A stretch of DNA of 64,000 nt from positions 23,560,001-23,624,000 of the forward strand of contig CM126224.1 in assembly GCA_052327205.1 (NCBI GenBank), given 5' to 3'. Below, one piece after another: positions 25,411-37,451 of this stretch. The notes beneath the pieces were generated by a model. It saw only the letters and a program-made list of their open reading frames with translations, was not told the origin of the DNA and made no database searches. This DNA is from Somniosus microcephalus (lineage: Eukaryota). Both the position numbers and the translations under genes were made by a program. Numbering within the stretch: position 1 is the stretch's first letter; each line of letters opens with the position of its first letter.

Positions 25411-26182
25411 ACTTTTGTTTATTAGTTATAAAAGTATCAGGCGTGGGAAGAAAGGCTGTTTGATCGATAGTCAAGAATCCTCTAATTAGGTAATGAAAAG
25501 TCTATTGGCTTTCTAATGGGTGTGGGTAGGTGGAGCACCCCAAGTATGGGCATGTTGAGCGACAAATGGCAGGAATGAGGCAGGCAGGGCAGTTAGAGGC
25601 CGGAGGTAATGTGATGACACCTCCAGGAATATCTCCAACCAGAGCTGGCAAGCCCATCACACAATAGCTTTCAAATGTTGCCTCTTGGGTGTAAACTATA
25701 ATTAATTGCAAAGCAGTGCTGGATGGATCATGGTATGCTTTCAATTCAGACCAGAGAGTGAAATGTGTATGCGCAGAACAGGAAGCAACACTGTCACAGT
25801 TGAAGAGGCCCTGCTGTGAAATTATAGTGTGAACAGGGGAGGAATGCAGTTCATGCAGATTATCTAAAGCATCTTCAGAGTACATAATCAGTATAAACAA
25901 ACTTGCCATAATTATAACCTTTCCCTGCTAGGATAAATAAAAGACCTGTCAGTAATTTGCACAACTCTTACAGATCAGAAGAGCAACTCGATTTATTGGC
26001 ACAAAAGAAAAACAGCTGAAGTTCCTCTGGTGCCCGTTTTAAAAATAATTTAAAAAAATATAATAACTCCATTCCAACAGTTTAGTCAGCTTCAAATAAA
26101 CCAAGGAATGTGAGCCAGGAACTCCTGGTCAGAAATTTCTGTGTTATGAATATTTGTGGGACATCTCCAACTGAAGGTCTCT

Positions 26183-29180
26183 GGGGGGAAAATTCTGTAT
26201 CGTAGCACCTCCAGTTAGCACCAGCAAATGGCACTAATGGGTGTATCACTGGGGCGAGGCGAGGTGATTCCAATGGCGCATGCCAAATCCCGCCCCCCCC
26301 TGCAGGGAGCCTCAACGCCAGATGGATCATGACGCCAGTGAGTGTGCAATGCTCACTGACTGCCCAATCTGCAAAATTGATTGTCGTCACCTACCTTAGT
26401 GTCTGGAGTAAACAGCGACAGGGAGAGCTGGTGTGAAGCACCAGAAAGCCAGCTCCAGGGACGTTATTTAAAGGGATCATCAGTAATGACGCGCAGCTGT
26501 CAGATTAATGGAGTTTCAGGTGATTTCTTGTCAGTTTCACATAGTTCAATAGTTTCATTCAGTACTTTCAGGGTTATTTTGTATCAGGAGTGTTGTGGCA
26601 ACAACTAAAAAGCAGCTACATTTATTCTTTAAAAAATCTGCTACACTTGGTAACGTTAATGGGGGGCTGTACTGTCATGCCACCTTGCCTGCCAGGATCT
26701 ACAGCGGAGGGAGCGTAGGCAGCGAAAATGACGGGAACATGTGCGCAGAGAGATGAGGAGGGACATCAGGGCTCTCAGCAGGAGGCCTTACCCTCGGATG
26801 GTATTCCAAAAGAGCTTCTCCTACCTTCAATTAAGCGAGGAGCAGTGTATTAGATGGCTCTGCTTCATCAAGGAGGTGGTCACAGAACTCTGCCACCTCC
26901 TTCAGCAGACCTCCAGCCTCACACCAGGATGACTTAAAGCCCACATCCCCTTTGCTCACCATATTCCCATAATTCCATCCCTCTCGCAGACCATATCACA
27001 CCACAAAGCGAAAATGACAGACACCACAAAAGAATTGATAAATATATCAAAAATCAGTGAACACATATTTATAACAAAAATATTAACTATTCACCCTTGT
27101 GCAATCCCTTAGTGCCTCTACCTATTCTAGTTCTCCTACGAAGTATTGGCAGCAGGGCTGGTGGAAGGCTGTTGTGTCCCCATGCGGGAGACTTCAGATG
27201 GCCTTGCAGGATGTCCTTGACCAGCTCTGGGCCTGAAAGGCCCGGCTGTAGACTGCACCACCTCAGCATGGGCGGCACAGTCTGAGCTGGCTGGAGGACA
27301 GGCGGCGACAAGGACAATGGTGGAGTGGACAGCAGGTTCCTGCTCCACTGACCCCCTGCCACTCCCCCAGGGCAGCACCTCAGCATCACTAGCAATCTAT
27401 TGGAGCACAGATTGCTGGCCTGCTGCGACACAGTGAAAGTCCCGGTCGACGGTAGACCCAGCCATGATGGCAGCAGTCAGAGCTTGCATGGCATCAAGCG
27501 GAGATTGCATGAGAGCAGTCGGAGATTGGATGCCACCAAGCATAGACTGCATTACAGCACTAAGACGTTGCATTGCTTCCGCCTGTGCTGCAATGGAAGC
27601 TGCCTGATCGCCCATCACATGCAGCATCAGGTCTGGGTCACTGAGTCTACCATCCTTTGCAGACTGGAAATGATGGGCTCCATGGTGTGCGCAGAGCCTT
27701 GTGCAATGTTGGAGGCAGACTCCTCCACACTCCTTACCATTGCTGAGGCACTCTCGGGCACCCTTGCCATTGCACCCTTCATCTCCGTGTGCATTCCCTT
27801 CACCCTTCTTCTAAAGGCCCCCCCATCGAGGTCCTTATCGGAGTCCTGTGCAGCAGAACTCGCATGTGAACTCGCCTTCCGGGGAGCTGGCTCCCGAGCT
27901 ACCCTTTCCCCCTATCCTTGCTGCAGCCAGCTCGTCATCCTGTGCAGATCCTGCTACTTTACTAGCCTCTAAAGAACACGTAGTGCCAGTATCTGAGCTT
28001 GTGCCTGTGGGTGAGACATGCAGTTCTTCATCCTCTTCACTCTCAATGGTGCCCTCAGCGACAGGCTGCTCAGGTACTTGCTCATTATCTGAAAGCATAA
28101 AGACACAAGAGTCGGGTTAAGGTGAGGGGAGGGGGGCAGGAAGGGAAAAATGCATGCACACAGCATGATTAGCTGGAAAGTGCAAAACGATTGTGGGGTG
28201 AGGGGGAAGTGGGATCTGAGTAGAAAGAGTAGGGATGAACATACTGTTGTTGTCCCCAAGAGGGTCAATGTCGCTGGTGGTCACGGTGCCCACCACCTGG
28301 CACCCAATGATCTGCAGTACTCGATTCTCCAGCGTAGACTGTGGTTGGATGTCAGCTTGTCCCCCATCTGTGCGCTCCTGCTCCCTCCTGTTGTGAGCCA
28401 CCTTGGCCTGCAAGAGATAGGGAAGTGTGAGAAGCAATGTGTTTGGGTGATGTGCCTGCCATAGTTGAATAGCTGTCATTGTGTGCAAGGTGTGAGATGT
28501 GGGTGCGAGTGTTGGTAGGTAGAGATTGTTGGTGGGTGAGTGCTGGGAGTGTGGTGCTTTGGGCAGTGTGTGCAGGCTGTGGTTCAGATGGTGGTATGTA
28601 GCATTTGTTGAAGCATTGACTCACCCTGACCACCCGAGTGAGGTTGTTAAATTTCTTCCACTGTGTGTGGGTCCTAAGGACCACAGTGCTGCCTGAGACG
28701 TGCTGGGCTATCTCCCTCCACATGATGCAGAAGACTTGTGGCGAGGGCCTCCTGCCATTTGCTGGGTAGAGCACCGCCCTCCGTCTCTCCACAGTGAAGA
28801 CCAACGCTTCCAATGCTTTACTGCAGAATCTATGGGTTCTCTCCCTGGGGCGTGGATCTACCATCAGTACAGCTGCTTGAGTCGTCCAGCTCCTTCTCTT
28901 TGTCCTGCTGCTGCTTGCTGAGGCAGCTGCGCAGCCAGCAATGCTGAGAATGAGGTTCTGCAGCATCAATGAACCTTCCCTTTAAGTACTGAAAACAGCC
29001 TGTGGCAATCATAACTTGCAATTAGACTGCACCTGATATTGATAACACCAATGAGCTTGGGCTTTAAGACTTGAATTCGGACTCCAATCATTTTCTTGAG
29101 CAGTGACCACGAATTTTGCGTGCAGTCTAAAGCATTAGCACCTGGCGCTAATGCTCCAACTTTTCTAATGATACCCCCCA
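26183..29180. mobile_element. Internally deleted PIF/Harbinger element: transposase N-terminal remnant (+, ~26660-26930) and 3-exon Myb/SANT pseudogene (-, 28864 to ~27087)
   Basis: RRPYPRMVFQKSFSYLQLSEEQCIRWLCFIKEVVTELCHLLQ aligns to the N-terminus of the 46243 transposase. Myb exon 1 ends KKFNNLTRVVR|GTGAGT; exon 2 reads AKVAHNRREQERTDGG. Boundaries approximate. Confidence 0.8.
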
Positions 29181-29221
29181 TTCCTGGGCTATAATAGCCC
29201 TCTGGGTTTAATGAAGAAAAT

Positions 29222-30043
29222 GGGGCCGATTTTTCATTCATTGCGCACATGGAGTGGCTGGTGGTCAGAGTGATTGGACCGCACACCAAACAGCTCGAAC
29301 CATTTTCATGGTCCTGCCTCATTTCATAGAATCTTACAGCACAGAAGGAGGCCATTCAGCCCATCGTTCCTGTGCTGGATTTTTGCAAGATCTATCCAAT
29401 GAATCTCAACCCCCTGCTCTTGCCCAATAGCCCTGCCAATTTTTCCTTTTCAAGTATATATCCAATTCCCTTTTGAAAGGTAGCATTGAATCAATTTCCA
29501 ACACTCCTTCAGGCAGTGGATTCCTGATCATAACAACTCTGCATTTTTTTTTATTTCCCTCATCTCCCCGCTGGTTCTTTTACCAATTCATTTAAATCTG
29601 CGTCCTCTGGTTACTGACCCTCCCGCCAGTGGAAACAGCTTCTCCCCATCTACTCTATCAAAACCCTTTATAATTTTGAACACCTCTACTAAGTCTCCCC
29701 TTAACCTTCTCCGTTCCAAGGAGAACAACCCCATTTGAAATGTGATCGGCGAGCTGCCAACACTCAACGAAGGCCGACAACAAGCAGGGAAACGGGGTGG
29801 AAAATCCAAGGGTTCCTCCAGTATTATTCACTTCAGCTGGGGTGAGGAACGGAGAGAGGACCAGCAGACAGCCAGAATCCCAATTTAAATATTTTAATAA
29901 GGCTCCTGCCTCTTTCGGGCGGGTGTCCTGGACACCTATTTTGAGGCCTGTTTGCAAAAGCGAGTCAAGCACCAGTTTGGCTTTTCATCTTGCTCCCAAG
30001 TTTCAGCGTGAGTGGGGGTGGTGGACAGACGGGAATCGGCTCC
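29222..30043. mobile_element. Harbinger-type MITE with a nested minus-strand CR1 3' fragment (~29326-29733)
   Basis: TIR GGGGCCGATT / AATCGGCTCC and 3-bp TSD AAT. Nested peptide GLFSLERRRLRGDLVEVFKI. Confidence 0.7.
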
Positions 30044-30889
30044 AATATATTTCTTTATCTACCTCATTCATACTCTTCAGACCCTCAATTATTTCAATAG
30101 CCAAAACTAACTGATAATCTAAGAACTTGGACTACTATTGGGATTAATATAGAATAAATATTTAAATGTATACAGTTTTGAAGTTTCATAGAGTTCATTC
30201 ATTTCTTTTCCCATCTCGACATTGCAAAGATTGCAGATATTTCTTTCCAAAGAAAAACTAGTAACTGCACACAAATAATACAAATACATTTAATTGTTTG
30301 GGCTCATCAATCCACCATTAATTGTTTTCCTAAAGATGCCTTCTGTAAAAAAAAATCTTGAAAATCTATGTCTAGAATATACAAGTATTGATTACTTCAG
30401 AGACTCAAGAGTGATTTTTTTAAATGCAGTCATTGATTCAGATTTACAAACTACTGACATCAGGCACTAATTATGGGAAAACATGTAAAAAAAAACTGGA
30501 TCAGACATAAAGCTAATTCCTATGCAACAAGCCAACAAGTAGGAGCAAAGAGAGCTTCATAAACTAACCACACCGCCACTCATCTGGTTAAAATGAGAGT
30601 GTTTTGCAGTGTCCAGAGGTTCTGATTTCACATTACTCACACCAGCCAAGATCAGCCACAGAAAATCACATACGCACACATGATATTCTATCTTCTTCCC
30701 TACATAAATATCTTAAAATTAACTTTTTTCTATTCCCCTATAAAATCATTTAACATGCCATCTATTTATTGCAAATAGCATTGGTAAAGAAAGTACCTTA
30801 AACACAATTAATAATAAGCACATTTTCTTAAAATCTGCTGCACTCTTAGTTTGTAAATATGAATCTAATCCAGTTATGCAAGGTAATGA

Positions 30890-30890
30890 A

Positions 30891-30916
<26 letters not shown>
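30890..30916. repeat. (AG)n microsatellite
   Basis: Direct observation. Confidence 0.9.
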
Positions 30917-30921
<5 letters not shown>

Positions 30922-30928
30922 CAGACTA

Positions 30929-33506
30929 TTCTTCTTCGGCAGTCCCTCGGCAGCAAGTCATCCTCGGTTCCACATTAAAAATGAGTTCGCAGGTGACTGA
31001 TGAGTCCAATGCGGGACCTACAGTCTCTGTCACAGGTGGGGCAGACAGTGGTTGAAGGGGCAGGTGGGTGGGGTTCTTGGGTTGACGTGCGCTCCTCGAG
31101 CTGCTTGCACTTGGCTTCCGCTTGCTCCCAGCGAAGAGACTCGAGGTGTTCGGCGCCTTCCCGGATGCTTCTCCTCCACTTTGTGCGGTCTTGGGCCAGG
31201 GATTCCCAGGTGTCTGTGGGGATGTTACACTTTTTCAAGGAGGCTTTGAGGGTGTCCTTTAAGTGTAGCTAATGTTACCCCACTGTTCAAAAAGGGTGGT
31301 AGAGAGAAAATGGGGAATTACAGACCGGTAAGCCCAACATCGGTAGTGGGGAAAATGCTAGAGTCCATTATAAAGGATGTAATAGCAGAGTACTTGGAAA
31401 AAAGTGACCGGATCGGACAAAGTCAACATGGATTTACAATAGGTAAATCGTGCTTGACTAATCTACTGGAATTTTTTGAGGATGTAACTGGTAAAATAGA
31501 TAAGGGAGAACCAGTGGATGTGGCGTATTTGGACTTTCAAAAGGCTTTCGATAAGGTCCAGTGTAACAGATTAGTTTGTAAAATTAAGGCACATGGGATT
31601 GGGGGCAAGGTATTGACTTGGATAGAGAACTGGTTGGCAGACAGAAAGCAAAGAGTTGGAATAAACGGCTCATTTTCCCAATGGCAGGCAGTGACTAGTG
31701 GGGTACCGCAGGGATCGGTCCTTGGACCCCAGCCAATATATATTAATGATCTGGACGAGGGAACTAGATGTAATATCTCCAAGTTTGCAGATGACACAAA
31801 GCTGGGTGGGCGTGTGTGCTGTGAGGAGGATGCTGAGAAACTCCAGTATGATTTGGACAGGTTGGGTGATTGGGCAGAAGCATGGCAGATGCAATATAAC
31901 GTGGATAAATGCGAGGCTATCCACTTTGGTGTCAAAAACAGGAAGGCAGATTATTATCTGAATGGCAATAGATTGGGAGAAGGGGAAGTGCAACGAGACC
32001 TGGGCGTCCTTGTGCACCAGTCGTTGAAGGTAAGCATGCAGGTGCAGCAAGCAGTTAAGGCGGCAAATGGTATGTTGGCCTTCGTAGCGAGAGGGTTTGA
32101 GTACAGGAACAAGGATGTCTTGCTGCAGTTGTACAGGGCCTTGGTGAGACCACATCTTGAGTATTGTGTGCAGTTTTGGTCGCCTTATCTGAGGAAGGAT
32201 GTTCTTGCCATGGAAGAAGTGCAGCGAAGATTCACCAGGCTGATACCTGGGATGGCAGGAATGATGTATGAGGAGAGATTGGGTCGATTGGGCTTATACT
32301 CGCTGGAGTTTAGAAGAATGAGAGGGGATCTCATTGAAACTCATAACATTCTAATAGGACTAGACAGACTAGATGCAGGAAGGATGTTCCTGATGGCGGG
32401 GGAGTCCAGAACCAAGGGTCACAGTCTAAGGATAAGGGGTAAGCCATTTAGGACAGAGATGAGGAGGAATTTCTTCACCCAGAGAGTAGTGAACCTGTGG
32501 AATTCTCTACCAAAGAAGGCAGTAGAGGCCAATTCATTAAATATATTCAAGAAGGAGTTGGATATATTTCTTAAGGCTAAAGGGATCAAGGGATATGGGG
32601 AGAAGGCAGGAACAGGGTACTGAATTTGGATGATCAGCCATGATCTCAATGAATGGCAGAGCAGGCTCGAGGGGCCGAATGGCCTACTCCTGCTCCTATC
32701 TTCTATGTTTCTATGTTTCTATATTTCCATGTTTCCATGTTTCCTCTGCCCACCTGGGGCTCTTTTGCCGTGCTGGAGCTCCGAGTAGAGCGTTTGCTTC
32801 GGGAGTCTTGTATCGGGCATGCGGACAATGTGACCCGCCCATCGGAGTTGATCGAGCGTGGTCAAAGCTTCGATGGTGGGGGATGTTGGCCTGAGCAAGA
32901 ACACTGACATTGGTGCACCTATCCTGCCAGTGGATTTGCAGGATCTTGCAGAGGCAGCGTTGGTGGTAGCTCTCCAGTGCTTTGAGATGCCTGCTGTACA
33001 TGGTCCATGTCTCTGAGGCATACAGCTGGGCGGGTATCACTGTTGCTCTGTAGACCATGAGCTTAGTGCCAGGTTTGAGGTCCTGGTCTTCAAACACTCT
33101 CTTCCTCAGGCGACCGAAGGCTGCACTGGCACACTGAAGGTGGTGTTGGACTTCGTCATCGACGTCTGCCCTTGTTGACAGTAGGCTCCCGAGGTATGGA
33201 AAGTGGTCCACGTTGTCCAAGGCCTTGTTGTGGATTTTGATAAATCGGGTGGCAGTACTGTGTGGCGGGGGCAGCTTGGTAGAGGACCTTTGTCTTACGG
33301 ATGTTTAGCATAAGGCCCATGCTCTCGTACGCTTTGGTGAAGGTGTGGACGATGGAGTGGAGCTAATTTATAGAACAAACGGAAAACTGTTCAACCTCCG
33401 TCGCCTCTAGTCCAGATCCAAGGTCGTCCCACCCTCTGTCGTTGAATTACAGTATGCAGACGACGCTTGCGTCTGCGTTCACTCGGAGATCGAACTCCAA
33501 ACCATC
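30929..33506 (-). mobile_element. 5'-truncated RTE-clade LINE with an inverted 5' segment (33354-33506)
   Basis: VDHFPYLGS, AFGRLRKRVF, QLRWAGHIVRM, C-terminal CPTCDRDCRSRIGLISHLRTH, (GAA)n tail. TSD-like ACACAGA on both sides. Confidence 0.88.
31265..32740 (+). mobile_element. 5'-truncated CR1 LINE with an open ORF2 segment (31310-32623), nested in the RTE
   Basis: NYRPVS, YLDFQKAFDKV, SGVPQGSVLGP, KFADDTKL, LGLYSLEFRRMRGDL. 3' hairpin and (TTCTATGT)n tail. Confidence 0.95.
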
Positions 33507-33640
33507 CAAACACACAGATTGCCCATGATGTTTCTCACAGTTGAGTTGGAAATACATTGTTTTATAACAATAGGGGTGTTATGCTTTGTAATGAGCAAGG
33601 TACAATCCGGGCCATTAATTAATTAATTATTTAAATTATT

Positions 33641-34115
33641 CATTCATGGGATGTGGGCGTCGCTTGCAAGGCCAGCATTTATTGCCTATCCCTAGTTGCC
33701 CTTGAGAAGGTGGTGATAAGCTGCCTCCTTGAACTGCTGCAGTCTGTGTGGTGAAGGTGCTCACACTGTGCTGTTAGGGAGGAAGTTCCAGGATTTTGAC
33801 CCAGCGACGATGAAGGAATGGCGATATATTTCCAAGTCAGGATGGTGTGTGACTTGGAGGTGGTGGTGTTCCCATGTGCCTGCTGCCCTTGTCCTTCTAG
33901 ATGGTGGAGGTCGTGGGTTTAGGAGGTGCTGCCGAAGAAGCCTTGGCGAGTTGCTGCAGTGCCTCTTGTAGATGGTACACACTGCAGCCACGGTACGCCG
34001 GTGGTGGAGGGAGTGAATGTTTAAGGTGGTGGTTGGGGTGCCAATCAAGCGGGCTGCTTTGCCCTGGATGGTGTTGAGCTTCTTGAGTGTTGTTGGGGCT
34101 GCACTCATCCAGGCA
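33641..34115 (-). mobile_element. 3' fragment of the same LINE family as 22250-25410
   Basis: Near-identical to 22255-22725 (LHHRRTVAAVCTIYK). Confidence 0.9.
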
Positions 34116-35264
34116 GGTGATGAGCAAACTGATCAAATTTCAATTGCATTGAGTGGTATGCTGGGATTTTTAACCATTGTTTTGTGATCAAATTCCACAA
34201 CTGTCTTTTTTTAATGAATATCACAAATGAGTGGACTTTATTATTATGCGCTCCTTTGATTTATCTATAACCTTTTTCCAAAAGTTCAGAATTCAAAAGG
34301 GGCAAGGTAGTAGGCAGCATATAGCAGACTGGAGGTAGGTGTGTAGTATTTAGCAGCAGTGGGGAGGAGCTTGGTGTGGGGTTTAGCAGCAGGTATGGGG
34401 AGAAGTTCATTGTGGGGAGAGAGCTGCACTCTTGTAGTACTGGGGAAACCTGGATTGAGGGAGCTCCCAGTCTATATCCAGAACTTCCAATCTTTATCTG
34501 AAGTGACTTTAATATGAAAAATTATGTAACTGTAAACAAGAGGTTGTTCATTTATGCAACTACAGCAAACTAGATGCATAGATTTATTACTTATGTAACT
34601 GTGGGATGCGGGGGGGGGGAAAATTAAATTTATTTATCTACCTGCGGGGCGAGAGAAAAGCCTATTTATGTACTCTGTTCATTTTATATTTTCTCCTTGA
34701 TCAATGCCATGGCAGGTTTAGGGAGAGTATCTCTCTTTCAGAGGCAATTGACCACATTCCACACACGCACATTTTTAGGTCCAATTTTCTATCGAGCCTG
34801 TAGTCAGCAAAGGTTCCATTTCCCCATCCCACCCATCAGAAGGAGCAATTTTCCTAATCGAAAGAATAAAACCTACTGTGCACGATCACAACTATCCTTC
34901 AGCACCAACAATCGAATAACTTGAAGGTCTGTCCACCCAAAGTTACTTTTGTCTAGTCCAATAATTTACATTTAAAATCATTATCTCAAGGTACTGATCA
35001 CAAACAATTCTAGGCAGAAACACAAGAACAAGTATGTATGCTCTTCCATAAACATAAATATCATAAGCTAATTTAAAATTCAGATAAATGTCAGGAGGAC
35101 TTGGGTTTCTCAGCTTAACACACACACGCACCCTCAAATTCTGACTATATTTTTTTATTTTAAAAATATTGTAGTGTAGAGAAATAGAGTGGATTGTACC
35201 AAACTAACAGTTCTGAACATGCATGAAGAAAAAAACAACCAAAAAACACTTCACAACCAATAAA

Positions 35265-35637
35265 TTGCTTTTGACATGTAGTCACTGTCATTTTATAGGC
35301 TGACACGGCAGCCAGTCTGCCCACATCAAGGCCCCACAGACAAGATAAATGGGAGCTGTTGTTTGAGAGATAAATGTTGGCCAAGACACACAGAGAACTT
35401 CACTGCCCCTCTTTGAATAGTGCCATTGGCTCTTTTACGTTCACTTGAACCAGGAGACGGGGCCTGGCGTGGCTGAACAGCTCACCCAAAAGGCAGCACC
35501 GCTGACAATGTAGCACTCCTTCGGCACTGCACTGAAATGTCAGCCGAGATGATGGTCAGGTCACTGGAGTAGCACTTGAACCTGTAACCAACCTTCGGAC
35601 GAAAAAAAAGAGTGCTACCACAGAGCCAAGCTGACAC
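35265..35637 (-). mobile_element. Degenerate tRNA-derived SINE (DeuSINE-like)
   Basis: Reverse complement resembles 12013-12478. Confidence 0.65.
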
Positions 35638-36635
35638 TAAGTGAATAAACTGAGTTCATTTTCTATCCAGAGCTATAAAAAGCACAAAAAGTTATTCATT
35701 TTGACCAGATAGAAGAATATTCTTGGGGGGGGGGGTGGGTGAGGGGAGAAAAGAGAGAAAAAATAAAATAGCCTTTACACAGCTGCTGCTAACTGAACAC
35801 TAATAGACGATGTAACTAGAGGCTTTTTGTAATTGTAGTTCAACCACTTTTGGTATTATTTTGTAAAGACATTAAGCCAGAGTTGTTGCCATTATCCCCT
35901 CTGGTATTATTTAAACAATAGCTGCTTCTCAAGCACCTGGTCATGATTGCAATTCCACGTTAAGAAAATAGAATCTCCTGAATTATATATTTGCTGTTAT
36001 ACTTCTCCAGTGTGGTCTTTTAAATACAAATATTTTGGTTTTAAACACATTTATTTTAAAGCTAGAAAATGGAGTAGAGAGATCAATCAGTTCTCCCATC
36101 ATACCTTCGGTTTCAGATACAATGCCAACTGGTCTACCAAACCACTTCAAGATATAGATATAAAAACAGATAATGCCCCCAGAGACAGCACTCCCTTTAG
36201 GTACCTACCTATTCCCACTCAAGTTATTAGTTTAACTGCCAGCGGTTTTGGCATTCATGGCTCCTGGCACATCTCAATGCGTAGGAGGCAGCTTTGAAAG
36301 CGATCCCAGCAACAACAGACACAGGTGCAGAGGCAAATGACCAAATATTCATTGCTGGCAAAGCTGAAGAGCGTTTTCACATTTGGTGAACAAACCTCAG
36401 CTTGTTTAATCTAATGGCTGGTATGTGATGAAGACAAAAAAGGGAACTTTGCTTAATCAGTTCACAAATACAGCTACCTGAACGCTCAGGTGAGAAAACC
36501 CATTTGCCAATCAGCTTGAAGATCTGACTTCGTGTCTAAAAAGAAATTAGGCGGCAACAAGAAATGGTGTTATTAGGAGTGGAAATGCCCATCACTTATG
36601 CCAGCTATTAAGTGACTATTGCCAACTGAGTCAAA

Positions 36636-37451
36636 GGGCGCGATCTTGCCAGCCCTGGGGAGGCGGGTATGGAGGCGGGACTGCCGGGAAAATGGCAGAA
36701 TTTGGGGGCAGGTGCCCAACCCGCCTCTGTGCCATCTTGCCAGGAGGCGGGTAGCCGACCCGTGCCGGGTCCCGTCTCCTTGGAGGTGGGAAGGGGATTA
36801 CAGCCACTTAACTGCCTGTTAACATGTAGTTAACACGCAGGTAAGAGGATTGTCCCCATTTTGCCCACACAAGAACGGGCTTCCTGAAGGCTCCGAACCC
36901 TGCCAGGGTCACCGAGGCGAGTAGTGGGTCTGCGGGGTCTAAAAGTGCGCTGTGAAGGTAAGTGATGGGTGCAAGTGTGGAGAGGTAAGTATGTGAGGTG
37001 AGTGGAAAGTGTTAGAAAAAGTTTACTTACCTTTGTTTCTTCCTGCAGGCTTCAAGAGTTGGGTATGCGAAGAGTCTCACATCTCCGCGGCAGAGATGAC
37101 AGATGGCCGCTGCATTCTCCAATGCAACAACCATCTAATTTCTGCAAAAGAGCTTTGATGAGTCTTGAATTCAAGAACTCATCAAACTACATAGAATGTC
37201 AGTGTTTGACATCTTCACAGAGCTGTCAAACGATGACAATTCATCTATCAAAAATTTGACAGATGAAACGTCATACGCTGACGTTCTCTGCAATCGGCTT
37301 TCCCTTAATTGGCCTGCTAAGCCCGTTGGGCGGATTTAACAAGGTCAATCAAGGGAAAATAGCGTGGGTTGGCCAGAAGTTGGAGGCGGGACTGAAACCT
37401 GACAAGTGGGAGTCCCGCCCCCAAAAGATCCCCATTGACAAAATCCAGCCC
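36636..37451. mobile_element. Harbinger-type MITE
   Basis: Imperfect TIRs GGGCGCGATCTTGCCA / TGACAAAATCCAGCCC; 3-bp TSD AAA. Confidence 0.65.

Noticed and set aside
25502-25909. 135-aa minus-strand ORF in unique sequence
   Set aside because: No recognisable domain or supporting exon chain.
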